From a virus (Duplodnaviria; Caudoviricetes): a stretch of DNA of 52,533 bases. Shown here one piece after another: positions 31,077-40,735 of this stretch; position 1 is the stretch's first letter; every line of letters starts with the position of its first letter. The stretch lies in the IMG/VR virus record IMGVR_UViG_3300021602_000010, positions 1-52,533 of that record; one strand, given 5' to 3'. The translations under genes and the position numbers were made by a program. The notes beneath the pieces were generated by a model, which worked only from the letters and a program-made list of their open reading frames with translations, was not told the DNA's origin and made no database searches.

Positions 31077-34000
31077 TCATCTTATTTGTAGTTCGACCGG
31101 TGTTAACGCTGCAATTACAACAATATTTGCTGCTGTGGCTCCGTTAACGAATATTTCATATGGAGACGATTTTATTTCGTACAGATCACCGAACGACATT
31201 GTAGGATCGTTTGGTACCAATACAACTGAACTGACGAGTTCACCCACCTGATCGTGTAGGTATGCGCTAAGTTCGGAGAAGTAAAAAGTATCTCCGAAGT
31301 TCCAGTTATTGATGTCAAAATAAGTATTAATTGCTGTCAGTGTGGCGCTTCGTATTTCACTGTCGCTGGCATCAGTCTTCTGAGCCTTAATGACTTTGAT
31401 GGTGGCACGAAGAGCCGGGTCTGCTTTATTGCCGAACAATGGCTTAAACGTCACACTATTTAGAATGACAGAATCACTCAACATCTTATAGTCTTGTACT
31501 TTGCTATATGCCTGATTCAACTCGTTTATCGTTGGACGATTCGGTTTAACCACTGTATTTGTTGTATCCTGAATCCAGTTACGGTAAGCGGTATAGTATG
31601 CTTGGGTAACAACATACAAATCAATGATGTTCGTAGTCGCCGGGTCAATACGAGTTGTATTATTTGAATTGTGTCTGTATTGGAACGCCAAACCTTGACG
31701 GCCCGGCTTCATTGAGTACTGTAACTGCTCTACTAAAGTATAGTATGGAGTAAGCACTGTATGATCCTGCACTGAGGTATAAAACTTATTATCAGAATAG
31801 GCATAGAATAGCTGCCCCACTGGATAATCATATTTCACCACTTCTATTTGGTTTGATGTGGCGTATTGATAACTAACTGACGAAGATGCAATCAGTTGTT
31901 CTCTTGTGAGGTTAATGGCATCTTCTATTGTTATGAAGAAGGTGTATATACCAATGTTTGTGTTACCAACTTGATACCCGGTGATTACTTTAAAGAAGTC
32001 TGGATTAGTCACTACAGTTCGGTCATTGACATCAATGCTGGCAATCTCAACTTGGAAGTCATTTACATACCCATCAGCTTCAACAGTCTGACCAATGATA
32101 CTTGCTGTTATATCAGAACTCATTGGATAGTTGGTAGCGGGCTGTGTATTTGAAGTAAGTACCTTGACGAAGTCCTGTAGGATTCGTCCGCTCACCGGGT
32201 CAAATACAAGTTTACCGGTTTCAAAGGAGAACCGTGTGTCGGCAACACTACCAAAGAAATATGCCAAGCTGCGATAATATATGGTGTATTCATTGGTACC
32301 CGACTTAGCCTGGAAGTTTACGAACCACCCAGCGGCGTCATACGCATCTATGCTCCAACGGTCTTGTGCAATAGTCAGGGAGTTGTTGAATAGCAGAGAG
32401 AAGTTCTGTTGAAGTTCCATTCTGGTTACACATTCCTCTATCAAAGAGTTCGGCAGAGTATTATCAAACGACGGAATAACCTGAGTAAGGATAGCACCAG
32501 TGGGTACGTACCCATTGAGAGTTATTGGGCCGGTGCCATTAGTAAATGCCCCGTCACCATTATTATAACCATCTCCGATTACATTTAACACTGTGATCCA
32601 AATGAGTGTGGTGTCTGACGGAGAGGCAATCCCGGACACCAGACGATTATTCTTGTCAAAGTACTTTCCGGGTGGCGCCTCAAACTTTATCAGAGCACCT
32701 TTCGTAAGATACTTGATGTTATGCGTGGAAAACACACCAGTGGCGATAGGAACGTTTCCACTGATATTAGTATTGTAGAAGTATCCAGTCAGGCTATTGG
32801 CATCTACTGTACACCCTTGCCAATATACTGTGCCATCTCCGGATGCAGTGTTGATGCTATATCTCGGGAAGTTCTGTAGATAGTATTGCGTGGCTCTGTT
32901 ACCCCCGAGGATAACAGTTAGCTTGTCTGACAGAAAGGCGCGGATATCTCCGCTGCTTGTGACTCTCAGAAGTTCTGTTCCGGCAGCACCGTTCTGATAT
33001 ATGCCGCCATCGTTAGCAAACGAATTAGTGCTGGAATACTTACCAGTTGGATCAAGCAGGTCAAAGTTCCTGGAGACACCAACAGAACTACGGTTCACTG
33101 CCTTACTCTTGATAATGGAACTATAAAGGGTATACGGAAAGTTGTTATAATCTTCGCCGTTGACCATACGGTTTTGTGTATAGTAACGAGTCGGTGCGCG
33201 TTGCTTAATGTCAGCAATTGATTCTCTGGCAAGGGCGTTTGAAACCGGTGAAGTCAGAGCAAGAGTCATCGTCAGTGTTTCTTGACGACCAACTCGGCTG
33301 ATGTATGGAATGTTGACACTGATGCCCTGCATCTCACTAGGATCAATGGTGTATGTCAGGGCATTACCAGCGCGAACATACGCTCGGAAGGTACCAACTG
33401 GGATGACTGAGAATACCCCGTCACCAAATGTGTAACTTACTTGATCGTTGAATCTGGAAACTACTGAGAAGATTCTACGGATACTTGATTCTGTTTGTAG
33501 ATAGGCATCGGCATATACGTTCTCAACTTGCTTCCATAGAGTCGGTGCGCCGTTGGAAGAACTGAGTTGATATAACCAAGTATCAGTGTTGTTGATGCCC
33601 TGAATATCAATGTCAACAACCTGGTTGGAGATTTGCTGTGCCAGATTGAATGTGTAGTTCTGTAACTGACCCTGCTTGAAGTAGAAGAAGAAGCCGGTAT
33701 TGGGGCTGCCGTATCCTAACTTGTCGTTACGATAGAGCATGTTGAACTGACTTGTTGGTCCTGGTGGTAGTTCATATACATAGTCAGTTCCTACACTGGT
33801 CACACTACATAACTCAAAGTTCATCGTGGTGCCGTTAATTGAGGATGTGAATGGTACAACTGGTTGTGTAGTTGACGGGATGCTGATGGCATACTCATCG
33901 GTCTTGATTCCAAGAAGTTGCGCTGAGTTACCTGGATGACCAACACGCTGAGTATTTGTCAGCGCGGCGTTAACAACTGTGTTGTATTGTGCAAGCCAGT

Positions 34001-34451
34001 TAGGGTTAGCAGGATCGTTCCAAAGAATAGGGAGATTTGACAGGTTCAATCCATTGAGGTCATTGATGTTCTGTGTTGTCTTTATGCTGGTGACCTTTAA
34101 GTAGCCTTGCCCTGCAAGATTTCTCTTGGAAGTGTAACTTACAAGATTGGCCAGCTTGACAACTGAATCTCGGCGTTCCGCAGTATCAATGAAATTTTCA
34201 CGGGTGTTCAGGTCGTTTCTGAAGGCAAGTCCCTGACCCATGAAGGCCATGACATCAAGCAGGGCAATGAACTCCGAACTTTCAATGTAGTCATTGAATG
34301 TCTCTGGATAATAAGCACGAAGATAGTCAATGAAACTCTTACGCAGTGTTTCGTAGTCATACGACCGAAAATCTGCTTCACGAAACGTCTGGTAAATGGC
34401 CTTCCAGTCATTTACACCGAATAATGAGGATTGACGGGATGATGTTGCCAT
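31077..34451 (-). CDS. gp6: Baseplate wedge subunit, T4 gp6-like
   Basis: DF.SYDYETLR...FNDYIESSEFIALLD..A..GQ.LAFR.DLN.RENF.DTA.RR.SV..LA..V.Y, FGDG and ES...IK..AP..Y..QNRMV..EDY are the gp6/baseplate-J signature blocks. Confidence 0.85.
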   Translation of the reverse strand: MATSSRQSSLFGVNDWKAIYQTFREADFRSYDYETLRKSFIDYLRAYYPETFNDYIESSEFIALLDVMAFMGQGLAFRNDLNTRENFIDTAERRDSVVKLANLVSYTSKRNLAGQGYLKVTSIKTTQNINDLNGLNLSNLPILWNDPANPNWLAQYNTVVNAALTNTQRVGHPGNSAQLLGIKTDEYAISIPSTTQPVVPFTSSINGTTMNFELCSVTSVGTDYVYELPPGPTSQFNMLYRNDKLGYGSPNTGFFFYFKQGQLQNYTFNLAQQISNQVVDIDIQGINNTDTWLYQLSSSNGAPTLWKQVENVYADAYLQTESSIRRIFSVVSRFNDQVSYTFGDGVFSVIPVGTFRAYVRAGNALTYTIDPSEMQGISVNIPYISRVGRQETLTMTLALTSPVSNALARESIADIKQRAPTRYYTQNRMVNGEDYNNFPYTLYSSIIKSKAVNRSSVGVSRNFDLLDPTGKYSSTNSFANDGGIYQNGAAGTELLRVTSSGDIRAFLSDKLTVILGGNRATQYYLQNFPRYSINTASGDGTVYWQGCTVDANSLTGYFYNTNISGNVPIATGVFSTHNIKYLTKGALIKFEAPPGKYFDKNNRLVSGIASPSDTTLIWITVLNVIGDGYNNGDGAFTNGTGPITLNGYVPTGAILTQVIPSFDNTLPNSLIEECVTRMELQQNFSLLFNNSLTIAQDRWSIDAYDAAGWFVNFQAKSGTNEYTIYYRSLAYFFGSVADTRFSFETGKLVFDPVSGRILQDFVKVLTSNTQPATNYPMSSDITASIIGQTVEADGYVNDFQVEIASIDVNDRTVVTNPDFFKVITGYQVGNTNIGIYTFFITIEDAINLTREQLIASSSVSYQYATSNQIEVVKYDYPVGQLFYAYSDNKFYTSVQDHTVLTPYYTLVEQLQYSMKPGRQGLAFQYRHNSNNTTRIDPATTNIIDLYVVTQAYYTAYRNWIQDTTNTVVKPNRPTINELNQAYSKVQDYKMLSDSVILNSVTFKPLFGNKADPALRATIKVIKAQKTDASDSEIRSATLTAINTYFDINNWNFGDTFYFSELSAYLHDQVGELVSSVVLVPNDPTMSFGDLYEIKSSPYEIFVNGATAANIVVIAALTPVELQIR

Positions 34452-34471
34452 AGTATTCTCTTGTAATAGAG

Positions 34472-34479
34472 TATTTATA
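34472..34479 (-). promoter_or_regulatory. T4 late promoter, perfect TATAAATA
   Basis: Exact T4 consensus in the gap upstream of the gp6-like ATG at 34451. Confidence 0.75.
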
Positions 34480-34501
34480 CTAAACCGAAAACCCCGTTTG
34501 G

Positions 34502-34951
34502 TTATTGAATGGAGGCTGTGTTATTGAAATTGTTGAAGAAAATACTCACTGACTGAGCATTATTGAAGGGCGACACTGCCAGTTCTACCTCAAGTAGAAT
34601 GCCGTTTTCCCGTGGATATACATTGATGGAATTTACGATAAGTCGGGTATCAAGGTTTGCTACGCGGCGCAATTCATTCTCAAGTTGAAACTGAACATCA
34701 GCAGTATTAGGTTCAAATACAAACGTCCAAAGAGTGGTGCCGTATGCCGGATTACCCACCTTTTGCCCCTGTGGTATATTTAGCGCATTGAGGAAATCCT
34801 GGATTACTAGTTTCTCATCTACCAGAGTGGTCTTTTTGCCATAGATTATAGGCGCTACAACACTACCAGTACCACCAGCGGGACCTGGTTGAAGATAAGT
34901 TGAACGCGGTTTGTTGGCGTTGATTGTAGAAAATCCAATAAATGTAGGCAT
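34502..34951 (-). CDS. gp25: Baseplate wedge/sheath initiator, T4 gp25-like
   Basis: Start moved to ATG 34951 (MPTFIGFST). LN.L.IPQG.K.G.PAYGT.LW..VFEP and D.R motifs of the GPW/gp25 family. Confidence 0.85.
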   Translation of the reverse strand: MPTFIGFSTINANKPRSTYLQPGPAGGTGSVVAPIIYGKKTTLVDEKLVIQDFLNALNIPQGQKVGNPAYGTTLWTFVFEPNTADVQFQLENELRRVANLDTRLIVNSINVYPRENGILLEVELAVSPFNNAQSVSIFFNNFNNTASIQ

Positions 34952-34955
34952 ATGG

Positions 34956-34963
34956 TATTTATG
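34956..34963 (-). promoter_or_regulatory. T4-type late promoter (CATAAATA)
   Basis: Overlaps the upstream stop codon, 4 nt before ATG 34951. Confidence 0.6.
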
Positions 34964-36056
34964 CTGCTCGTAAACCAGCAACCTTCTTCTCAAGGGCAGT
35001 TAGTTTTGCCATTTCTGCTAACCAAGTTTCTTTAGCACATTCAATCTGTGCATCTCCTTGTGGGAGTTCGTTCTTTGCCTTCTCGTATGCCGCAAGAGCA
35101 TTACGCATCACCACGGACTGAGCAAAAGAATCATCAGTTGCCTGGGCAATGAGTTCTTTGTTCTCGTTATACTTCTTGGTTTCCTCGTCTGACGGCATTT
35201 TCATGAACGTAGCCGGATTACCAGAGTAGTTAGGCACCTGAATACCCGGACCTAACTGACCTCCCATAGCGGCTGCTATGGCTCCCCTAGTTGTCACGGT
35301 ATCAAATGCAGTCACAGGTAGCCCAATTGAACCCGAACTCCCAAATGATGCCGTTAACGCTGTCATGGCTGAGGCTGACATACCTTGTGGCAGACCCTGA
35401 GATAGGTTAGGAAGAGACGGTAAAGAAAACTTACCTGTTAGTGCCGTTGCTGATAATGTGCTTCCACTTGCCTTAACACTAGCCAACAGGCTAGCTGTCG
35501 CTGCAGGATTACCAATGGCAGCAGTTATTCCGGCTGTTCCTGGTATTTTATTAAGAGCACCAGTGGCATTATTAACTACAGTGGATATAGCTTGCTGCCC
35601 ACCGGGGATAACATTTACTCCACTGGCGATTCCCGAAGCGAATGAAGCGGCTGATTTTACCGCACTAGCAACTCCGCCAACTGTGGTATCAGTCTCTTTC
35701 ACTACCTTTTCGGCCGCTACTTTTTCTAGATCCTGGACTACCCCCGGTTTAAACTCTCCCCACCCATTTAAAATTGATGAAAATGCTGCCCCAGTTACTC
35801 CTTTTTTCAGATCAATCGTTGGGACAGCCGGAAGACTAGGAATACTCGGTAATACTGGCAACCCTGGTAGAGTCGGTAATCCTGGCAGGGATGGTAACCC
35901 CGGAAGAGATGGAACTTTTGGCAAAGAGTTAAGGGCGCCAACTCCTGCCGCAATAGAACTTACACCACCTGTGGCAAGTGCGGCTACACTGCTTGCGTAT
36001 GAGCCAGAAGAAATGGCAGTTGCTGCGCTACCGACTAATGAGTTAAGTGTTGGCAT
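34959..36056 (-). CDS. Low-complexity Ala/Gly/Ser-rich baseplate-associated protein with (LPx)n tract
   Basis: AGGAGG SD and TAATG coupling; LPKVPSLPGLPSLPGLPTLPGLPVLPSIPSLP tract; C-terminal coiled coil. Confidence 0.6.
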   Translation of the reverse strand: MPTLNSLVGSAATAISSGSYASSVAALATGGVSSIAAGVGALNSLPKVPSLPGLPSLPGLPTLPGLPVLPSIPSLPAVPTIDLKKGVTGAAFSSILNGWGEFKPGVVQDLEKVAAEKVVKETDTTVGGVASAVKSAASFASGIASGVNVIPGGQQAISTVVNNATGALNKIPGTAGITAAIGNPAATASLLASVKASGSTLSATALTGKFSLPSLPNLSQGLPQGMSASAMTALTASFGSSGSIGLPVTAFDTVTTRGAIAAAMGGQLGPGIQVPNYSGNPATFMKMPSDEETKKYNENKELIAQATDDSFAQSVVMRNALAAYEKAKNELPQGDAQIECAKETWLAEMAKLTALEKKVAGLRAA

Positions 36057-36628
36057 TAGATCCTCCTAGAGTTCTTGACGAAATCAACAGTGGCAGCAAC
36101 ACCAACGGTGGCACCGGACATTACCAATCCGGATATTTGTGTCGGATCCTCTTTCCCGGTTAGTACACCGGCAGCGGCAAGCGCCGACTGTGACTGCCTA
36201 AGGTTTGCCACCATAACCATCGTTTGTGCCGATATACTATTGACAAGAGCCGGAAGGGAATGCACCCCGCCTCTTCCCGTGAACAGATTAGGCGTCATCA
36301 CTTTGTCAACCGCTTTTCCGGCATTCACCAACTTTATAATAAGAGCGGCTGATCCGAACTTTAGAATACCGGCATTTTCAAGTTGTGCCGGACTCAGTCC
36401 GAACTTACCAACTACTACGGTATATGGAGGTCGGCCTGATCCATTAAGAGATATGGTTTGATATCCCAGATTTTGCCAGTTTGGATACTGTGTAGTAAGC
36501 AATGGATTTTGCCCGATGATAGACGACACCGTTGCCACTAATGCTGATGTAGTATTTCGGTCAATTGAATTGCTCACTGGCTCCGCCGGCGGAGCAGTGG
36601 CAATTACAGCAGTTGTTACACGGGTCAT
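36056..36628 (-). CDS. Hypothetical baseplate-hub-associated protein
   Basis: ATGA coupling to the gp5-like gene; GKFGLSPAQLENAGILK motif. Confidence 0.6.
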   Translation of the reverse strand: MTRVTTAVIATAPPAEPVSNSIDRNTTSALVATVSSIIGQNPLLTTQYPNWQNLGYQTISLNGSGRPPYTVVVGKFGLSPAQLENAGILKFGSAALIIKLVNAGKAVDKVMTPNLFTGRGGVHSLPALVNSISAQTMVMVANLRQSQSALAAAGVLTGKEDPTQISGLVMSGATVGVAATVDFVKNSRRI

Positions 36629-38127
36629 AGACCTGCCGCCTTGTTCGCATCTACTGTCGCCGGAGATGGTTCACCGGGGAGAGAATCACCAGAACTGAAG
36701 TTAACTTTGACATCCACTCCCTGACCGGCGCTTGCCCATGGAGAATGAGCAGGTGCTCTGGATACGATACTCTTTAACTTACCTGGTGCCGCAGCAAATC
36801 CTTTGGCGTCATCGTATAGGGTGTCGGTATGGGCCAGTATTTTTATGGGTTTTACATCTTGTGGGACAAGTCCGGCGGCGCCAGTATTTAGATTGACATT
36901 AGAGCCGTTGATGTACGTAGTGGAATTACTAAGATATGATGCCTCGCCGGACGAGGCCATGCTCATTCCGGCTCCTACCTTGACTGTGTATTTCCCAATA
37001 GAATATAAGCTAAAGTCAGTACCTACTTTTTGTGTAGTTTCTTTTGTTGACTCAATCCTAATGCTTTCAGCAGATACGTTCAGCCCTTTAGCAGCATTTA
37101 TGTTTATATTGTTGTCGGCATGAAGATTCAGATCACCCTGTGTTCTGATGTTGACGCTGTTGCTGGCATACATGTCAATGGTGCCTTCTTTACCAAGTTC
37201 AATCCAGGTCTGACCATTGGCATGAGCAATGAAAAGGCACTGTCCGTCATCACTCATCAATATTTGATGGCCAAGTGAGGTGCGTATTCTGATGAGTTGG
37301 TCTCGCCCCTGTACGTCGCCGTCGTCCATAACTAGAGTGTGTCCTGCCCGGCGAGAGACGACTGCAAGGTCGGAGTCAGGCGCAGTAGCAGCAGAACTTA
37401 GAATTGATTCATCAGTGAACCCACCTTGATAAATTGGTCTACCCGGGGTACTAACTCCCCAACCCACTCTTGACGGAGATTCGCGCTGAGATGAACTTCC
37501 GATTACACCACGAATCGGGTCTCTTATAAGTCCTTGTTGTGCAAGGGCAGCAGCAACATAACTATGAACTGGCTTTGGAGTTTTGAGGAACTCTGATGAA
37601 TTTGCCTTGGACAAGTTATTGGTGTTCATGTTAGTCACTGGCAGCACTGTTGCTCCTCCGTAACTCTTTGCTTCACCTTGGTTCATAGTGACTTTAGTAC
37701 TGCCACCGATAGCAGGAACCATATGTAGAGCCTCTGCCTCTGGAATACATCCGATGTAGTAACCATAGTTAGGGTCACCCTTAATGAAAAGACAGATTAC
37801 TTGAGTTCCGATATCAGGAGGGCTGGTCCACATTCCATACGACACCGGATTCTTTTTATAGTCTCCATAGGAATCAGACGAGGATGGACCGGTTGCTTTT
37901 GTAAGTCCATAGAAAGGACTCATGTAACTCACTGGCGTCCATGATCTACTATCATTTGGATCTTTACCGCCGAATTCAGATAGATATACCCAGATTCTTC
38001 CTGCACGTATAGGATCAATATTGTCCTTGACAATACCGATCAGCGGGGCCATGCGTGGGTTTGCGCCGCCTGCTTCTGGTGTGAAGGCTTTCGGGACGCC
38101 TTGTGGTTTAATTAGATTAATTGCCAT
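36625..38127 (-). CDS. gp5: Baseplate hub/central spike, gp5/VgrG-like OB-fold plus beta-helix, no lysozyme domain evident
   Basis: IGIVKDNIDP.RAGRIWVY...W..V.Y..PFYG...SYGMW..PPDIGT.V.C.F..GD OB-fold; GH.LVMDDG...IRIRT..GHQILM.D; beta-helical repeats. Confidence 0.8.
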   Translation of the reverse strand: MAINLIKPQGVPKAFTPEAGGANPRMAPLIGIVKDNIDPIRAGRIWVYLSEFGGKDPNDSRSWTPVSYMSPFYGLTKATGPSSSDSYGDYKKNPVSYGMWTSPPDIGTQVICLFIKGDPNYGYYIGCIPEAEALHMVPAIGGSTKVTMNQGEAKSYGGATVLPVTNMNTNNLSKANSSEFLKTPKPVHSYVAAALAQQGLIRDPIRGVIGSSSQRESPSRVGWGVSTPGRPIYQGGFTDESILSSAATAPDSDLAVVSRRAGHTLVMDDGDVQGRDQLIRIRTSLGHQILMSDDGQCLFIAHANGQTWIELGKEGTIDMYASNSVNIRTQGDLNLHADNNININAAKGLNVSAESIRIESTKETTQKVGTDFSLYSIGKYTVKVGAGMSMASSGEASYLSNSTTYINGSNVNLNTGAAGLVPQDVKPIKILAHTDTLYDDAKGFAAAPGKLKSIVSRAPAHSPWASAGQGVDVKVNFSSGDSLPGEPSPATVDANKAAGL

Positions 38128-38130
38128 TCA

Positions 38131-40434
38131 TTATGCTCCGGATGCTTTATCTGTTTGTGATAGTGCAGCATCATCGTCTGTAACTGGGCCGGTCGGCGTC
38201 GATACTGTTATCTGGGTTGCACCTAGTTTTCTATACTTTGCTGATGCATTGGGATTACCAAAGGCGGCGCCACCACCACCAAGGGCAATAGCCGATTCGG
38301 CTCCGCCGGCAGCAACCCATCCATTGGATGCCGCATTAGCTTGTTCAGCAGTGGCGCCACCTTGACCACCACGACCAGCACCAGGGCCAGTAGCACTAGG
38401 TGTAGTAACTGTAGCGTTGGGAAATGTATTAATTGCAGTGGTCAGATCCTGAGTGAATGACCCTTTGGCGAACGTGCTTACTACGCTTACCAGCAAGTAA
38501 CTCATTGCCCCATTTAGTTTTTTGCGAACATCGTCCGGATATGGGAAAAATTCAATATTACCGTTAACTTTCAAAGTTCCCGTGCTGTTCATATAATCCT
38601 GCGCCTCCTTATATGAAACTTCAATGAACGGCTGTCCACCGGTTGGATTAAGGGTATAACCATCAGCAGTATAATAACCAGAGGACTGCGATGAGTCAGG
38701 CATCAGATAATCAGGGTCGCCTAGAATTTGTATCTTTGTTTTGGTGTAGGCATTAGGGTCTCTCAGCCTTGTTATAGTTGCATCTACGTTTACGGTTCCG
38801 ACTCCCTCTCTGCCCTGTTGCTCCACGTTAGTTTTAAAGTTTGGGTTATTCGGTACACCATCTGTACCAGACCCCATATACATAGTGTTAAAATAAGCAT
38901 AATCAAATTGCTGTTCAATTTTTATCACTTCAGAATTTTTTCCGGTTAGCCAATAGTCATACCTCTTGTATGCCCCGTAATATTTTTTAGGCGCTTCAGA
39001 GAATGAGGTTGCCGTTGCCGGAATGGAATACGGCCCGATAATGTAAGTTATTTTATAGGCGAAATCATTTTGTTGATCATTCCATCCGATTATCTCAACA
39101 TCAGAACTGATATTAAACCACCTGTACTCTGCACTTGCAGTGACCGTTATAGCATTTTCAGTTTCATCATCTGGTTCTGGCTTGCTGGCCTGTATAATCT
39201 TTAAAGAATCCTCAACCCAAGAACTAAACTTCATAATCTGCGTTATTGCTGTGATAATAGAGGTTCCGCTTCTGATCATGACGTTCTTAACATTGACATT
39301 CAGTATGGCCTTTTGTGCTGCTTTTTCTGTGGAGCCCGACGAGTCGCTAATCGTGACCCCAGGTGAATTATCTTTAGAGGTGTCTGCTAAACTTTTTAGT
39401 CTGGCTTTTTTAAACGTTTCCTGATCAGTGTCACTACCGACCCACTTAACCTTATACACATTGGGGTAAGCCAATCGGGGTTTAGCAGCCTCGGACGCTT
39501 GATTCTTTACATCTACTGGCGGATGCGCCAGTTTTTTCTGAGCATCATTGATCTGTGTCAGCAACCCATGTATTCCTGGTGGATCATTATCTGAATCTAT
39601 ATCTCCACCAATGGCGTCAGCAACATACTCAGCAACAACCGTGATATCTTCGGCCACGGTTCCTCTATTAATACCAAACGAAGTCGTAGGTGCCAGTGTT
39701 GCTGCACTAATATCATACCTTGTTTCTCTGCCATCTAACTTGAACTTCAATGAGGTAATAATTATTTCATAGAAGTGATCAAACACTTCTCCTGATTCAG
39801 TAGTTAGTGCGTTTTGACTGGCAATGTCTGAACTGGTCATGACCTTACCATTGGAGTCATATCCTCTGAAACCAACTGACAGAATGAAGAACTGCCGTGT
39901 CGGATTAAATGTGGCAGTTGAGGTGCTATATCCTGGGATCGTTGAAACGCTACGGATTGTGTTCAGTGCCTGATTTAACTTGGTGATGAATGAGAACCCA
40001 TACGGTTCAGTAATGCTAAATGATAAAGCAGTTGTTGTAGGGCTTGCTGCCGGAAGAACCGTGGTGATTTTTAGATTATCAATGAAGAAATCTAATTCAA
40101 ATCCGTCTGCTCTTGTAGTTGGGACTGAGTTTGGTGTGCCGCCACTCTGGGCAATGATATATGCCCCGGGTGTCTTTGCGTTTATATTCTTTCTGCCAGA
40201 TTGAACAAAGGCATTATATGCATCAGGTGACACCATGTATAAAGTCAGATGATAAGTAGAACTGGAGAAATTACTAAGGGGATTGTTTGGTCGTTTGGGC
40301 AACCTCTTGCCCACGATAGTCACAGGGGCAAACTCTGTTGTGCCAGTTACAGGTGTTACATTGGTGGTAAAGGCGCTCCCACCTTTATCCCCGCCTTTAT
40401 CCCCGTCTGCTGCACCGATGATTTGATCAGGCAT
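38131..40434 (-). CDS. Baseplate hub protein (gp27/gpD-like position)
   Basis: NPL..FSS.TY..TLY, F.ITEPYG.SF, KRYDYW.TGKNSEV, I.ILGDPDYL and F.KG.FTQ.L motifs; located between the gp53-like and gp5-like genes. Confidence 0.65.
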   Translation of the reverse strand: MPDQIIGAADGDKGGDKGGSAFTTNVTPVTGTTEFAPVTIVGKRLPKRPNNPLSNFSSSTYHLTLYMVSPDAYNAFVQSGRKNINAKTPGAYIIAQSGGTPNSVPTTRADGFELDFFIDNLKITTVLPAASPTTTALSFSITEPYGFSFITKLNQALNTIRSVSTIPGYSTSTATFNPTRQFFILSVGFRGYDSNGKVMTSSDIASQNALTTESGEVFDHFYEIIITSLKFKLDGRETRYDISAATLAPTTSFGINRGTVAEDITVVAEYVADAIGGDIDSDNDPPGIHGLLTQINDAQKKLAHPPVDVKNQASEAAKPRLAYPNVYKVKWVGSDTDQETFKKARLKSLADTSKDNSPGVTISDSSGSTEKAAQKAILNVNVKNVMIRSGTSIITAITQIMKFSSWVEDSLKIIQASKPEPDDETENAITVTASAEYRWFNISSDVEIIGWNDQQNDFAYKITYIIGPYSIPATATSFSEAPKKYYGAYKRYDYWLTGKNSEVIKIEQQFDYAYFNTMYMGSGTDGVPNNPNFKTNVEQQGREGVGTVNVDATITRLRDPNAYTKTKIQILGDPDYLMPDSSQSSGYYTADGYTLNPTGGQPFIEVSYKEAQDYMNSTGTLKVNGNIEFFPYPDDVRKKLNGAMSYLLVSVVSTFAKGSFTQDLTTAINTFPNATVTTPSATGPGAGRGGQGGATAEQANAASNGWVAAGGAESAIALGGGGAAFGNPNASAKYRKLGATQITVSTPTGPVTDDDAALSQTDKASGA

Positions 40435-40435
40435 T

Positions 40436-40735
40436 TTAGAATCCTAATGCGGTCTGAAGTGTGGTAGCAGTGGGCAGATAAATGCCGACTCCGGTAACAA
40501 AATCAAAAAACGGATCTGCAAGCCTGTTCGGATTTCTGCTGCCAAACACCCACCAGAGCCTGGAATCTGTATATAGATCATACGCCAACAGATCAGGTCG
40601 CAGATTATAAACTGGAGTAATTTCCCAGTATACATCTCCTGGTTGGCTTGGGATCAGACGATTCTGCATGACATCTAAATAGTTGCCATTGGTTACATCA
40701 GTGAGATAATACGGACTTGTTGCTGGATATGACAT
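40436..40735 (-). CDS. gp53: Baseplate wedge protein, T4 gp53-like (LysM-like)
   Basis: Start at ATG 40735 (TAATG). RPDLLAYDLY.DSRLWWVF..RN...L.DP..DF..G..IYLP signature. Confidence 0.85.
   Translation of the reverse strand: MSYPATSPYYLTDVTNGNYLDVMQNRLIPSQPGDVYWEITPVYNLRPDLLAYDLYTDSRLWWVFGSRNPNRLADPFFDFVTGVGIYLPTATTLQTALGF

Noticed and set aside
40380-40407. 12-bp tandem repeat (cctttatccccg x2) encoding GDKGGDKGG
   Set aside because: A two-copy microduplication in a low-complexity N-terminus with no sign of function.
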